Below, piece by piece: positions 8,379-20,209 of a DNA stretch of 64,000 nt. The stretch spans positions 1-64,000 of the forward strand of contig CAVPGK010000026.1 in assembly GCA_963703955.1 (NCBI GenBank). The letters run 5' to 3'. A program made the translations under genes and the position numbers. Each line of letters starts with the position of its first letter. Within the stretch, counting starts at the first letter, position 1. The DNA comes from Nitrospirota bacterium. GTDB lineage: Bacteria > Nitrospirota > Nitrospiria > Nitrospirales > Nitrospiraceae. A model generated the notes under the pieces. That model searched no databases. It saw nothing but the letters and a program-made list of their open reading frames with translations, and had not been told where the DNA came from.

Positions 8379-9346
8379 GGCTGGTGAATCTCCTGCGCGA
8401 TAGCGCTTGCTTCCGGCATGCCTTCCTCGTGTTGCGTCAGACGGAGGAAGACGTCCTCCAGGGTCATGGAAATAGTCTTCAATTCAAGCAGCCCCCAGCC
8501 TTGACCCACCACGAACCGCGCGATGTCGTCTCGAAGGTCACGGCCCAATTCACATTCCAGGAGAAAAGCCCCGCTCTCCGACTGATCAAAGACGCTCACG
8601 ATCCCGGGCAGGGAACGGAATCGATCGGCCGCGTCTGGCGGAGGCGCTTTCAGGATCACGCTGACTTTTTCGGAACGACGGAGTCTGGCGGAGAGCCGGT
8701 CGGGTGTATCGACTGCGATGATCCGACCATGATTAATGATGACCACACGCTGGCAGACCGCCGTCGCTTCAGGGAGGATATGGGTGCTGAGAATAACCGT
8801 ATGCGAGCCGGCCAGGCTCTTGATAAGCTCACGGATCTCGATAATCTGTTTGGGATCGAGCCCCACCGTCGGTTCGTCCAGGATCAGAACCGGCGGATCG
8901 TGGAGCAAGGCTTGAGCCAGTCCCACACGCTGTCTGTATCCTCGCGAGAGGTTGGCAATGAGACGGTGCCGTACATCGCCCAGCGACAGACGCTCCACGA
9001 CACGGTCAAGTCCAACGCGCAGGTCCTCCGAACTCATGCCTTTGATCCGGCCCACGAAGGTCAAGTATTCGGACACAGTCAGTTCGTGATAGACAGGTGG
9101 GGTCTCCGGCAAATATCCGATCCGTCGCTTGACTTCGCCGGGCTGCTCAAAACAATCGAACCCGGCGACGCGGGCGGTACCCTCGGTCGCGGGAAGAAAA
9201 CAAGTGAGGATGCGCATGGTTGTGGTCTTGCCTGCGCCGTTCGGTCCTAGAAAAGCCAAGACCTCACCCTTGGCCACGCTGAATGTCACTCGTTCGATGG
9301 CGGTGTAGTCGCCAAACCGTTTGGTGGCACCTTGAACTTCGATCAT
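8375..9346 (-). CDS. ABC transporter ATP-binding protein (GldA-like)
   Basis: Walker A GPNGAGKT, signature LSRGYRQR, Walker B LILDEP. Confidence 0.93.
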   Translation of the reverse strand: MIEVQGATKRFGDYTAIERVTFSVAKGEVLAFLGPNGAGKTTTMRILTCFLPATEGTARVAGFDCFEQPGEVKRRIGYLPETPPVYHELTVSEYLTFVGRIKGMSSEDLRVGLDRVVERLSLGDVRHRLIANLSRGYRQRVGLAQALLHDPPVLILDEPTVGLDPKQIIEIRELIKSLAGSHTVILSTHILPEATAVCQRVVIINHGRIIAVDTPDRLSARLRRSEKVSVILKAPPPDAADRFRSLPGIVSVFDQSESGAFLLECELGRDLRDDIARFVVGQGWGLLELKTISMTLEDVFLRLTQHEEGMPEASAIAQEIHQP

Positions 9347-9508
9347 CGAGAGTCCATCCGTCTCACAATCAAAAGGGGTGGTCGGAGTGTCCCCGCTTGT
9401 GCGCCCAGTGCACAGCCTGTCGTGCGTGATGCGCGAGCGGGGAGGGTTGCCCAACCGCCCCTCTCCACAACCCGCGGCCTCCACGTCTGGGGAGCGGGTT
9501 CGCGCAGG

Positions 9509-9537
9509 ATATTAACCAGTCAACCTTACTCAGTCAA
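9509..9537 (-). promoter_or_regulatory. Candidate sigma70 promoter of the ABC operon
   Basis: TTGACT-17 bp-TAATAT on the minus strand. Confidence 0.4.
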
Positions 9538-9695
9538 GACTTTGTGCGGTGCAGACAGGACGAGAAGAAGTTTCCCACGCCATGCAAATCTGTTATAGTA
9601 GCTCCCCGTTAGTCGGGAGCACCGCCGGAATGGAATCTCACCCGGGCACCAACACACGTCTCTCTGGATATCCAGACTTCTCAGCGGAACGGTTG

Positions 9696-10370
9696 ATGGT
9701 ATCAACCGCCCCTCATCACTGGATCGGCCGAATCGTTCTCCTGTGTCTACTTGTCTGCGCCCCGGCGTTGGTCGCCGGGTGCGCCGGTCAAAAAGCGGCC
9801 ACCTCGGTTCAGGATCAAACCGTCGTCTCGGGTCGCCAGAAACCGACACGCCCGGATGCTACCGCGAGGACCACCGAGCGTGCGATCGCCGCGCCCGAAG
9901 CGATTCCGCCGCCGGCGTTTCCTGTGCCGGCGCCACGCTCCCGCGAGCCTGAAGCGGCTACGGCGTCACCGCTTGTCGCGGGCAAGGAAGAAGCGGAAAC
10001 CGTTGTGACTCCAGCGGTCGTCGAGGTCCCGTCGATCGAACTGGCCGACATCTTTTTCGATTTCGATCGATTTACTATTCGCAGCGATGCGGAACCCATC
10101 CTTGAAGCCAACGCCCAGCTTCTTTCGGTTCATGTCGATGGCAAGGTGGTGATCGAAGGACACTGTGATGAGCGAGGATCGGCCGACTATAACCTCGTAT
10201 TGGGCGAACGGCGCGCGCAGGCCGCCAAACGGTACCTGCAGGAGCAGGGAGTCGAGGGCTCGCGCATGCAAGTCGTGACCTACGGAAAGGAAAGACCCGT
10301 GTGCATCCAGCATAAAGACGATTGTTGGCAGAAAAACCGGCGGGCCCATTTCGTGTTCACGCGGGAGTAA
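9696..10370 (+). CDS. pal: OmpA/Pal-family peptidoglycan-associated lipoprotein (start uncertain)
   Basis: Lipobox VAGC; IFFDFD, IEGHCDERGS..YN..LGERRA, YGKERP and NRRAHF. Confidence 0.85.
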   Translation: MVSTAPHHWIGRIVLLCLLVCAPALVAGCAGQKAATSVQDQTVVSGRQKPTRPDATARTTERAIAAPEAIPPPAFPVPAPRSREPEAATASPLVAGKEEAETVVTPAVVEVPSIELADIFFDFDRFTIRSDAEPILEANAQLLSVHVDGKVVIEGHCDERGSADYNLVLGERRAQAAKRYLQEQGVEGSRMQVVTYGKERPVCIQHKDDCWQKNRRAHFVFTRE

Positions 10371-10457
10371 CGAGACCCTGGGGTGGTCATTGCGGCTCCA
10401 GCACTGCATGGCTCATCCATCGACATCTCATAGTCACTCTTACAAGAGGAGGTCTTC

Positions 10458-11081
10458 GTGGTAGGACGTATGCTGCGCTTCATATGGTGCGTGGGATTCT
10501 TGGCGCTGCCTGCTTGCGCCAATAAGGGAGATGTGGTCTATGTGAATGTGCACGCGGTTCCGCCGGCCAGCGAAGCAGCGGTCAAGAAAAGTGACGTCAA
10601 CGTCGTTGTGTTGCCGTTCGAAGATGCGCGACCCGAACAGGGCCGGGTCGGAACGCGCGAGCATTTTTGGGGCGGGCGTTCGTATTTCGAGGTCCCAGGC
10701 GTGAAGCCTTCCGAGGCCGTGGCCGAGGCCGTGGCCGACTATTTGAAGGCCAAGGGCTGGAAGGCTCGTGTGGCAAAATCCAACGATGCGACCGGACCGG
10801 CCGACGTGGTCCTGTCGGGTAAGGTCCTAGGTCTCGCCGTAGACGCCGAAAGCAAGTTCGGCAGGACGAACATATCGGCGAAGAGCAAGCTTGCAGTCGA
10901 AGGTCTGAATACCTCGGACGAAAGCAAGGTCCGAATGACCCTGAACGGGTCCGGCTCAGACAGTGTATTCTGGTACGACCCGAAGGATGCGCAAAAACTT
11001 ATGAATGAAGTGTTGACCGAAAGTTTCGAAAAGTTGGTGGTCGACACCAAATTTGAGGATCAGAGCCTCCGGCTGAAGTGA
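10458..11081 (+). CDS. Putative lipoprotein (YajG-like)
   Basis: GAGGAGG RBS, lipobox LPAC, V.PFEDARP motif. Confidence 0.65.
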   Translation: MVGRMLRFIWCVGFLALPACANKGDVVYVNVHAVPPASEAAVKKSDVNVVVLPFEDARPEQGRVGTREHFWGGRSYFEVPGVKPSEAVAEAVADYLKAKGWKARVAKSNDATGPADVVLSGKVLGLAVDAESKFGRTNISAKSKLAVEGLNTSDESKVRMTLNGSGSDSVFWYDPKDAQKLMNEVLTESFEKLVVDTKFEDQSLRLK

Positions 11082-11406
11082 AGAGGGAGGAGGGGTAGTC
11101 GGCTGCCCTGAAGACACGGCCGACTCAGCGGCCAGCAGCTTTGTCTGGGCTCGGAGTTCTGAGGTGGCCGATTTCATTCAGCAACTCCTCGGGCGCCCAT
11201 GGTATCTGACAGACGTCACGGAAGAGTTGTCAACTTTCTCGTGTGTACCATTCCGCCTACTCCGCATGACATGGTCAGCGACCGCTTGGATACCCTGGGG
11301 GATTTGGTTGTAATCGCCGGGATCCAAGATAACGTGCCGCAGTTGAGAAGACTATATCTTCTGTTTTTTGGGCGCTGAGCAACCCACACATGCAGGAGCG
11401 GAGAAA

Positions 11407-13014
11407 ATGCCAAGTTTGAAAAACCCGGCCATCGCCGGCGAAGTGCAATTCGATACCTTCATCTACGGCGCACCGCCTCTAGCCTACCCAGCATCGCTGT
11501 CCCAATTTGTGATCTACAACACGCCGGATCCGGCGTACGTCACGGGCCGAATCAATGTCTCGGCGTTCGCCAACCTCGGAGCTGCCACCCCGTGGCCTTT
11601 TCTCAACACGAACGTACCCCTCAATGGGCATGTTTGCGTGCCCCGCGGGAGAGGCCCCTTCCCGTTGGCGATGTTTGCGCACGGCAATCACAACCCTTTC
11701 GAGAATTCCACACCCGGATACTTGTATTTGTGCCAGTTATTGGCGTCGCACGGGATCATCGCCGCAACGATTGACGTGAACTTCCTCAACGGAGCCAACT
11801 TCGGAGAGAACGACGGCAGAGCGATCGTTCACCTCGAACACCTCAAACAGTTTCGGACCTGGAATAACGCCGCGACTCACCCGCTGCACGGCAAAGTCGA
11901 TCTGAATCGCATTCTCATCGTGGGCCATTCGCGCGGTGGGGAAGCCGTAGGACACGCGTCATTCTTTAATCGGCTCGCCTCCGTCGGAGGCGTCCTTCTT
12001 GATGGATCCGCCGGGCTCGGTCCCTATCGTTTCGGGTTGTCCGCCGTGGCCGCCATCGCTCCAACCGACCGGCAATTTACGCCGGTCACCGGGCCAACCG
12101 TTGTCCCGGATTCGTACTATGTGATTCACGGCAGCAAGGATTCGGACGTCTTCACGTTCGAGGGCTACCATACCTACGAGCGCGCCCATGCCGTGGACTT
12201 GGCCAACCCCACGGTTTCCGACGGGAAGCTCAAGGCGATGTTGTGGGTGCACAAGGCGAATCACAATCAATTCAACAGCATTTGGGCATCGGAGACGCCT
12301 CCTGGAGTCGCTATGCCTCGCGCCAGCCAGGAGGAGATCGCAAAGGTCCATCTTGGAGCATTGGCGCAGGCGGTGCTCTTAGACCGGGCAGAGTATATGG
12401 ACATATTGCGTGATCACGGCGCCGCAGTCGCGTGGGACCCGGCCGACACGGAGTTCGTGTCGCAGTATCAAGATCCCGCGCGATTCTTCGTCCAGCACAA
12501 TCAGGAAGGCCTCGCTCCGCCGGTCGTCTCGCTTCCGGTTCAGGGCTCCGTTGCGGCGGACGGCGTCGTCGCCGCGCGCCAATTGACGGCGCTGGTCGGC
12601 GGCGCTCCCACGACAACGATCACACTCCGACTTGCTTGGAACGCTCTCGGTTCTCGCCTGCTCCTGCGAGTGGATTCCTCGACGCTTCCCGCGGAACGGT
12701 ACAAGACGCTAGCACTCCGCGTGGGGCAGTCCACGGAGCCAAGCAACCCGGCCAACCGCGATCAGGATTTCACACTTGAGGTTTCGAGCGGTTCGCGCAC
12801 CGTTGCGATTCCGGCGAGTTCCCTCCACCGGCTGCTGTATCCCGATCCACCGCCTTTCGGCCCCGCGAAGATCATGATGCAGACGCTTCGCCTGCCTGTA
12901 GAGCGGTTGGTCGACTGTGGCGTCGACCCAACCGACCTTCGCTCCATTGCTCTTGTGTTCGACCGGCGAGCGACCGGCACGGTCTATGTCGGCGATTTGC
13001 AATTTTCCGACTGA
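11407..13014 (+). CDS. Alpha/beta hydrolase with a C-terminal beta-rich domain
   Basis: HGNH, GY.YL...LASHG, nucleophile elbow GHSRGG, HGSKDSDV and ANHNQFN. Confidence 0.8.
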   Translation: MPSLKNPAIAGEVQFDTFIYGAPPLAYPASLSQFVIYNTPDPAYVTGRINVSAFANLGAATPWPFLNTNVPLNGHVCVPRGRGPFPLAMFAHGNHNPFENSTPGYLYLCQLLASHGIIAATIDVNFLNGANFGENDGRAIVHLEHLKQFRTWNNAATHPLHGKVDLNRILIVGHSRGGEAVGHASFFNRLASVGGVLLDGSAGLGPYRFGLSAVAAIAPTDRQFTPVTGPTVVPDSYYVIHGSKDSDVFTFEGYHTYERAHAVDLANPTVSDGKLKAMLWVHKANHNQFNSIWASETPPGVAMPRASQEEIAKVHLGALAQAVLLDRAEYMDILRDHGAAVAWDPADTEFVSQYQDPARFFVQHNQEGLAPPVVSLPVQGSVAADGVVAARQLTALVGGAPTTTITLRLAWNALGSRLLLRVDSSTLPAERYKTLALRVGQSTEPSNPANRDQDFTLEVSSGSRTVAIPASSLHRLLYPDPPPFGPAKIMMQTLRLPVERLVDCGVDPTDLRSIALVFDRRATGTVYVGDLQFSD

Positions 13015-13037
13015 TTCGGATCTATTGAGGTGTCGTC

Positions 13038-13493
13038 ATGCAGCCACCGAAACCACCGAAAATCACGACCGTAGAGGTCATACCCGCACAGCCCACCGAA
13101 GCGGAAAGCGCGGCGATCGCGCGTCTGAGCTCCGAATCGAAGACGTCGCTGCCTCAGGTTGCCTATGTCGTCAAGGTCCGGCTCAAGACCAAGCCGCCGG
13201 TCACTTCGATGGCTTGGGGGCTCTACGTGAATGATGTACTCATCCCTAAATATTGGGAATATGAAGAGGGGATTTACTTTACAGTGATCGCCGCACAGTT
13301 TTTCGCCGACCACAAAGGCAAGCGGTTGCGCTTCTCGCAGAACGGAGTCGACTTCCACGACACGGGGATGAAGCTGCCGGCGCCAACGATGCCTGGGGCG
13401 CTATCACAATCCAAGGGCAAGCCGCCCCAATTGCCCTTGCAAGCCGACGTACTGAAGCAAGAACCTGCCCCGGTCAAGCGGCGAGTCCGATAA
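13038..13493 (+). CDS. Hypothetical protein
   Basis: 151-aa ORF with a GAGG RBS, 23 nt downstream of the hydrolase. Confidence 0.65.
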   Translation: MQPPKPPKITTVEVIPAQPTEAESAAIARLSSESKTSLPQVAYVVKVRLKTKPPVTSMAWGLYVNDVLIPKYWEYEEGIYFTVIAAQFFADHKGKRLRFSQNGVDFHDTGMKLPAPTMPGALSQSKGKPPQLPLQADVLKQEPAPVKRRVR

Positions 13494-13505
13494 ACACTCA
13501 AGTAG

Positions 13506-13880
13506 TCAGTCCGTTCCCCAGGGGTTGTCGATCACGAAGCGCCAGGAGCCGTCTACCTGACGACGCAGAACATCCGCGGATTTTGCCGCCAGCTTCACTG
13601 GGTCGCCGTCTGGCCCGGTTCCAGTGAATGACCAAACCGTAGTTACGAGGGCCAGATCACTTGCCTCAAGGACCCTTGTTACTTTGAGATCGAGTGTGCC
13701 CTTCATCGCAATGAAATCGGCCAGCGCTTCACGGACACCGGGTAACCCGTGAGTGAGGCTCCCAGGCTGAGTCGCAAAAGCGGCCTCAGGCTCATAAAAA
13801 GGCATGAGAGTGTCGAGATTGCCCGTGTTAATTCCGTCAACTATCGATTTGAGGACTTGCTCAGGCGTTCCTCTGGACAT
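13506..13880 (-). CDS. SnoaL/NTF2-like (DUF4440) protein, cassette-borne; own attC not found
   Basis: ADVLRRQ.DGSWR.VIDNPWG motif; GGAGG RBS; starts after GTTAGAC. Confidence 0.85.
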   Translation of the reverse strand: MSRGTPEQVLKSIVDGINTGNLDTLMPFYEPEAAFATQPGSLTHGLPGVREALADFIAMKGTLDLKVTRVLEASDLALVTTVWSFTGTGPDGDPVKLAAKSADVLRRQVDGSWRFVIDNPWGTD

Positions 13881-13926
13881 AATATCCTCCCTCCCGATTC
13901 TGTTTCGTTTTGATCGTCGCTCAGAG

Positions 13927-13998
13927 GTCTAACGTTTGACATAACCGGCACGCAAAAAGCGTAGCTTTTTGGGTGTCCGGTTGATGGAAGGGTTATGC
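13927..13998 (-). other. Integron attC site (72 bp)
   Basis: Minus strand GCATAAC-CCTTCCATCAACCGGACACCCAAAAAGCTACGCTTTTTGCGTGCCGGTTATGTCAAAC-GTTAGAC, an imperfect palindrome bounded by RYYYAAC-like and GTTRRRY boxes. Confidence 0.9.
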
Positions 13999-14062
13999 GT
14001 CTGCAGGCACTCAAGGCGTTGACCTGTTTCTGCAAACTTCCTACGGGCGGCAACGCTTCGAC

Positions 14063-14479
14063 TTACGCCTGGCGAAGATTTGCATCGGGAACACGCCGCG
14101 ATAGCCACAGAAGATACGAGCCGATAACAGCATCAACCACAAAACAGAAAATGGGATACCAAACGGGAACGCCAGTGTTTGTGATGAGCTGACTATGCAC
14201 CAAGTCGTACAGCCCGTGCAGTAGCCAAAATACACCGACCACTACTGCTGACTGGCGGACGCTAACAAACGCGAAGACAAGGCCGGCGACGACGAACGGA
14301 ACACCGTAGATCATTTCCTTGACGCCCACAGCCTGCTCGCCTGCTTGTAGAGCGAAGAACGCGTAGATGCCAGGCAGAATGAGCAGGCCCAACGAATACA
14401 ACCAACGTTCCCCACGAATGAATCGCGCAGACACAATGGTAAGAACACCAACCGCCGCACCAATGAGGGCCTCAATCAC
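14063..14479 (-). CDS. Membrane protein (DUF6010-like), cassette-borne
   Basis: Multiple TM helices, W.LHG.YDL.H and P.WYP.FC..VD; the cassette start GTTATGC is the reverse complement of the attC R'' box GCATAAC. Confidence 0.75.
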   Translation of the reverse strand: MIEALIGAAVGVLTIVSARFIRGERWLYSLGLLILPGIYAFFALQAGEQAVGVKEMIYGVPFVVAGLVFAFVSVRQSAVVVGVFWLLHGLYDLVHSQLITNTGVPVWYPIFCFVVDAVIGSYLLWLSRRVPDANLRQA

Positions 14480-14519
14480 AATTCTCTCCTCTCTTAAGAG
14501 GCATAACTTGTATCTTTAC

Positions 14520-15672
<1,153 letters not shown>

Positions 15673-15689
15673 AACTGAACACAGTTGCT

Positions 15690-15814
15690 ATTGAGTATGC
15701 TGATCCGGCATAGTACACACCAACAGCTTGCAAACTAGCGCATCATTCTTTAGTTCTTTCAATCACTTGTCAACCTCCCCGTGGGGCTGGGTCGGCGTGC
15801 TATACAGACCGGCA
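15690..15814 (-). promoter_or_regulatory. Pc-like promoter + attI-like module, copy interrupted by IS110
   Basis: Minus strand TGCCGGTCTGTATAGCAC...TTGACA (15773-15768), 17 bp, AAGAAT...GTACTATGCCGGATCAGCATACTCAAT; homologous to 2052-2184. Confidence 0.7.
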
Positions 15815-15830
15815 CGACGAGACCCAGACT

Positions 15831-16088
15831 TCAGCGATATGCGTCTTTTCTGTGGCCTATCCGAAGGACAAGAACAGCGAACGGCGCTTTCTGAATCTCA
15901 TAGACGATCCGGAATCGTCCCACGCGCCAGCGGTAAAGCCCCTTAAATTCGCCGGTTAAGGCCTTGCCCTGATACGGATCTGCCGCTAAGTCTTTCTCCA
16001 TGGCTTCCAAAAGCCGTCTTTGGTCAACCTTCGGGAAGGTCTGGAAATCTTTGAGGACAGATTTCTTGAAGCGCAACTCAAAGGCCAA
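15831..16088 (-). CDS. relE: RelE/ParE-family toxin
   Basis: DPYQGKALTGEFKGLYRWRVGRFRIVYEI...IGHRKDAY. Confidence 0.9.
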   Translation of the reverse strand: MAFELRFKKSVLKDFQTFPKVDQRRLLEAMEKDLAADPYQGKALTGEFKGLYRWRVGRFRIVYEIQKAPFAVLVLRIGHRKDAYR

Positions 16089-16293
16089 GCGCTTTCCTCA
16101 CTTGCGCAAGGTTAAGGATCTCATCGTCCTTATCGGCGCGGCGCTCCAGGGCAATCTGATAGTCTTCATACTCCTGAAGATAAAGCTCTAGCGCCTTCTT
16201 GATGAAGTAGCTTTTCGGGCGTTCGCTCTCCTTTGCGAGTCTTTGCAGCCTTCGATCCGTCTGGTCGTCAAGCCTCAGCGTCAAGACCGCCAT
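16078..16293 (-). CDS. Ribbon-helix-helix (RelB-like) antitoxin
   Basis: LTLRLDD....RL..LA....RPKSYFIKKALE; overlaps the toxin start. Confidence 0.85.
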   Translation of the reverse strand: MAVLTLRLDDQTDRRLQRLAKESERPKSYFIKKALELYLQEYEDYQIALERRADKDDEILNLAQVRKALGL

Positions 16294-16318
16294 CAGCCAC
16301 CTCCTTTCGAGATGCTTC

Positions 16319-16350
16319 TGTATTGTATGCAATACAAGAGCATACATCAA
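16319..16350 (-). promoter_or_regulatory. Promoter and operator of the RelBE-like operon
   Basis: TTGATG-17 bp-TACAAT overlapped by the inverted repeat TGTATTG-N4-CAATACA. Confidence 0.7.
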
Positions 16351-16393
16351 GGCTACCTTGCCCGATTCTTGGAGGAACTGAACGCCAACAGCA

Positions 16394-16633
16394 TTACTGC
16401 GCAAGCAGACGCTGCAGTCCCTGGAGCGCGATGTCGATCCAGTCCGGCCGGTGATGCAGTTCGTAGCGGAGTTCGTAGAGGGCTTTCTCGAGTTGAAAGA
16501 GCACGAGTAATCGGTCGACGGATGCAGGTGAGGCCGGAAGGAACGCCACCTCGCCTGGCTTGGCCGCTACATGGTAGCCGTTGAGAAAGGCGCGAGCCGC
16601 TTGTCCTTCCCAGACCTCCAGGAGGAGCTGATC
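16394..16633 (-). pseudogene. Duplicated 3' end of the maltokinase gene
   Basis: 16401-16633 aligns without gaps to 18627-18859 (offset 2226) and encodes [23 protein letters not shown]. Confidence 0.9.
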
Positions 16634-16657
16634 ACATTGGCCCACCGGGGAACTCTG

Positions 16658-16686
16658 TTGACTGTTGCATCCCATGCAAGTATCAT
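16658..16686 (+). promoter_or_regulatory. Promoter and operator of the Phd-PIN operon
   Basis: TTGACT-17 bp-TATCAT with TTGCAT-N3-ATGCAA in the spacer. Confidence 0.7.
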
Positions 16687-16708
16687 GGTTGCTAGGGAGG
16701 AGAGAGCC

Positions 16709-17002
16709 ATGCGAGAGAAGGTGTCCACGATCGACGTGCGGCAGCGGATCGGCGACCTGCTCAACCGCGTCGCGCTCCGGCATGACGAATTCATCATCGA
16801 ACGCAAAGGAAAGCCCCTGGCGGCGCTCGTGCCGGTCGAGCGCCTGGAGCAGATGCGCCGGTTCGCCAGTCGTCATGGGCTTGATGTCCTGGCCCAGCAA
16901 AAGGGTGGAGACTTGACCGACGAGCAGGCCATGGAGCTGGCTCTGGAGGCGCAGGCCTGGACTCGGAAGCACGCCCGCAAGCCTCGTCGCCGGACCTCGT
17001 AA
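16709..17002 (+). CDS. Phd/YefM-family antitoxin
   Basis: R..IGDLLNRV.....FIIERKGKPLAALVPVE; GGAGG RBS. Confidence 0.88.
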   Translation: MREKVSTIDVRQRIGDLLNRVALRHDEFIIERKGKPLAALVPVERLEQMRRFASRHGLDVLAQQKGGDLTDEQAMELALEAQAWTRKHARKPRRRTS

Positions 17003-17005
17003 CCA

Positions 17006-17449
17006 GTGCTGCGGGCCGTCCTCGACGCAAATATTTACATCAGCGCCCTCCTCCGACCGCAAGGTCCACCCGGCCAGATTGTGGAACGCTTCCTGCGAGA
17101 GGGCGCCTTCCAGTTGATCCTTTCCCTCGCCATTGCCGAGGAAGTCCTTCGGGCATTCGCCTATCCGAAGATCCGCAAACTGGTTCGCGGACCGGTGCAA
17201 GCTGAGCTGTGGTTCGAGGATCTCCTCGTGCTCGCTGAAATGGTCGAGGCCAGGTCGGAGGTGGCGGTGGTGGGTGCGGACCCAGACGATGACAAGTATC
17301 TGGCCGCAGCCATTGATGGTCGCGCCACCTATGTCGTGACCGGTGATCGCCAGTTCTTATCGCTGAGAGAGTACGAGCAGGTGCGGATCGTGACCCCTCG
17401 AGTCTTTCTCGAAGTCCTTCGAGCCGAGGCGGCTAACGGTCGCAAGTGA
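17006..17449 (+). CDS. PIN-domain (VapC-like) toxin
   Basis: AVLDANIYISALL, DPDDDKYL and VTGD motifs. Confidence 0.9.
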   Translation: MLRAVLDANIYISALLRPQGPPGQIVERFLREGAFQLILSLAIAEEVLRAFAYPKIRKLVRGPVQAELWFEDLLVLAEMVEARSEVAVVGADPDDDKYLAAAIDGRATYVVTGDRQFLSLREYEQVRIVTPRVFLEVLRAEAANGRK

Positions 17450-17512
17450 TCTGAGTGGTTGAATAGACCCCGCTTGGCCGGGCCACCTCATCCCGACCCC
17501 TCCATCGCCAGC

Positions 17513-17716
17513 CTAGGCTGCCGAGTCGCGGCCAACTTCCCATCCCGGGAAGACCAACACCGCCGGATGGCACTTCAAGGCTCGTGCGAGAATCTTGGCT
17601 CGCTCGACGCCAAGCCGGACATGATCATTCTCAATCGCGGAGAGGGTTGCCTGAGGAACGCCTGTCAGGCCGGCCAGCGCATTCTGGCTGTACCCCTGAC
17701 AAGAAATCCTCACCGA
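17513..17716 (-). pseudogene. XRE/HTH antitoxin-like remnant, N-terminus damaged
   Basis: SQNALAGLTGVPQATLSAIEN...LGVERAKILARAL..HPAVLVFPGW; follows an attC; no partner toxin gene. Confidence 0.7.
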
Positions 17717-17742
17717 CCGGCATGAAGCGGCCTAATGCCGAG

Positions 17743-18289
<547 letters not shown>

Positions 18290-18610
18290 TCAGAAGCCTA
18301 ACGTTAGGTGGCGCTCAGGGAGGTCACCAAGTGCATTCCGAGTGCTGCGTCATCGTCCATGCCGAGCCTACTTGCCAGTGTCTCCACGAAGCTTAGGGCG
18401 GCCTTCACGCTCATAGGACTTTTCAGCAGAGCCAAATGGTTGCATTTCCCTGGCCTGAAAAGGAAAGCCTACTGCTGGAGAAGGATCAACCGATTTCTTT
18501 GAGATCGGGGAAAAGGTGGAGGAGGAATGCGGACGGGCTCTACCGAGCGCAGCGGTCATCCCGCGCGGGGACAGGATAGGAAGGGAAAAACGTTTCTTGC
18601 TGCCCCTCTC

Positions 18611-20209
18611 TTATAAACGGGTCGAGGCAAGCAGTCTCCGGAGTCCCTGGATCGGGATGTCGATCCAGTCCGGCCGGTGATGCAGTTCGTAGCGGAGTTC
18701 GTAGAGCGCTTTCTCGAGTTGAAAGAGCGCGAGCAATCGATCGACGGATGCAGGTGAGGCCGGAAGGAACGCCACCTCGCCCGGCTTGGCCACTTGGTAG
18801 TAGCCAGCGAGAAAGGCGCGAGCCGCTTCCTCTTCCCAGGTTTCCAGGATGAGCTGATCGGCCTCAGACGGGGAAGTCAATCGCTTCAGCGTGGCATGCC
18901 TCGCATAGTTGAACGACCGCAACATGCCCGCTACATCTTTCAGCGCGCAGGCTTTCGCGCGACGGTCTTGCAGGGGTCGCGCAGGCTCTCCTTCAAAGTC
19001 CAAGATTGTAAAATCCGGGTCCGTGTCGAGAACCTGCCCAAGGTGATAGTCGCCGTGGATGCGGATTTTCATGACGCGATGCTCGGTAAGCAACGAGGCG
19101 TCCGCCGTCTTCTGCACGCAGGCGGTCTCAAGCTCAGGGAGGCGCTCACGATTCAACGAGAGGGACTCCAGCATGCCGTCAGCGAGGCTGTGAAGCTGCT
19201 TCATCGCCGTCCGAATCTCGCTCACCATTCCTTTCTGCCACCCCGTGATGTCACCCTCGATGCTCGGTTCAGGAAGGAAAGCCGCGCTGGAGGAATCGGA
19301 AGCCAGAGCCACATGCAGCCCCGCGGTAATCTCGCCCAGCCGTCTCATCCGGGATAAAAAATCCATGGAGAAGGTCTGAACCTGTGCGTGGGCCGCAGAA
19401 CGCGTCATCGAACTATTCTGTGGCGATTGTTTGTCCGCCAGGAGACGGTCGAGGTGTTGCATGGTCATGGTCCACCCGTCGCCCTTGTTGGGGATAAAAC
19501 TCTGCAGCACGGCCACCGTCGCTGAATAAGCCGGTTCTCCGGGCAGTTCGCTTCGGCTCTCGTATCGAATCTGTCCGATCAGCGCCGGGACATGCCGGTA
19601 TGAGGTCCTGGTCGTCAAGAATTCCAGGATTTCACTATCCGGGTTTACTCCCGGCTCCAGCTTTCGGATGAGTTTCAGGATCACGCGGCGATCGTAGACC
19701 AGCGAGGTATTGCTTTGCTCCGAGGCGATCGGGGTGACGTCCTGGCACGGGAGCGCGTGAAGCGATTCGACGGCTGGGGTGTGAGTGCAGTGGAAAAGAC
19801 CGGTCGTGCCCTGCCAGTCGCGTCGCTCCCGGATTCCGTCCAGGATCGCCAAACAAGCCGGCGGGTCGGCGGTGATATCCCATGCGTCAGTGGTCTTCCC
19901 GTCAGTCTGCACCGTCACGATCCTTTTCTGCGCCCTCGCTGCGGTCATCGCCTCGTCGGACCGGACGACGAAGGGGAGGAGATACCGTTCGCTCATGCCG
20001 TCGGCCTCCTCCACGCCGGCGATCGCCAGGACTGTCGGAGAAGGACCGTCAGGCAGCAGGGCATAATCCAGCAGGCGAACACGGGTAATGCGTCGGCCCT
20101 TAGCGCCGAACCAGCGCTGTGTGGTCAGGAACGCGATCACCTCGTCGTGATTGCTTTGCTCGACCGCCTTCACGAGCTGTTCGATCAAGAGGGCCACGGC
20201 CGGTCTCAC
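18611..20209 (-). CDS. mak: Maltokinase (Pep2/Mak)
   Basis: [31 protein letters not shown] and DVAGMLRSF; overlaps the treS stop. Confidence 0.9.
   Translation of the reverse strand: MRPAVALLIEQLVKAVEQSNHDEVIAFLTTQRWFGAKGRRITRVRLLDYALLPDGPSPTVLAIAGVEEADGMSERYLLPFVVRSDEAMTAARAQKRIVTVQTDGKTTDAWDITADPPACLAILDGIRERRDWQGTTGLFHCTHTPAVESLHALPCQDVTPIASEQSNTSLVYDRRVILKLIRKLEPGVNPDSEILEFLTTRTSYRHVPALIGQIRYESRSELPGEPAYSATVAVLQSFIPNKGDGWTMTMQHLDRLLADKQSPQNSSMTRSAAHAQVQTFSMDFLSRMRRLGEITAGLHVALASDSSSAAFLPEPSIEGDITGWQKGMVSEIRTAMKQLHSLADGMLESLSLNRERLPELETACVQKTADASLLTEHRVMKIRIHGDYHLGQVLDTDPDFTILDFEGEPARPLQDRRAKACALKDVAGMLRSFNYARHATLKRLTSPSEADQLILETWEEEAARAFLAGYYQVAKPGEVAFLPASPASVDRLLALFQLEKALYELRYELHHRPDWIDIPIQGLRRLLASTRL

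Noticed and set aside
16394..17200. 268-aa minus-strand ORF as a real fusion gene
   Set aside because: It is antisense of the Phd-PIN genes running into the duplicated maltokinase tail.
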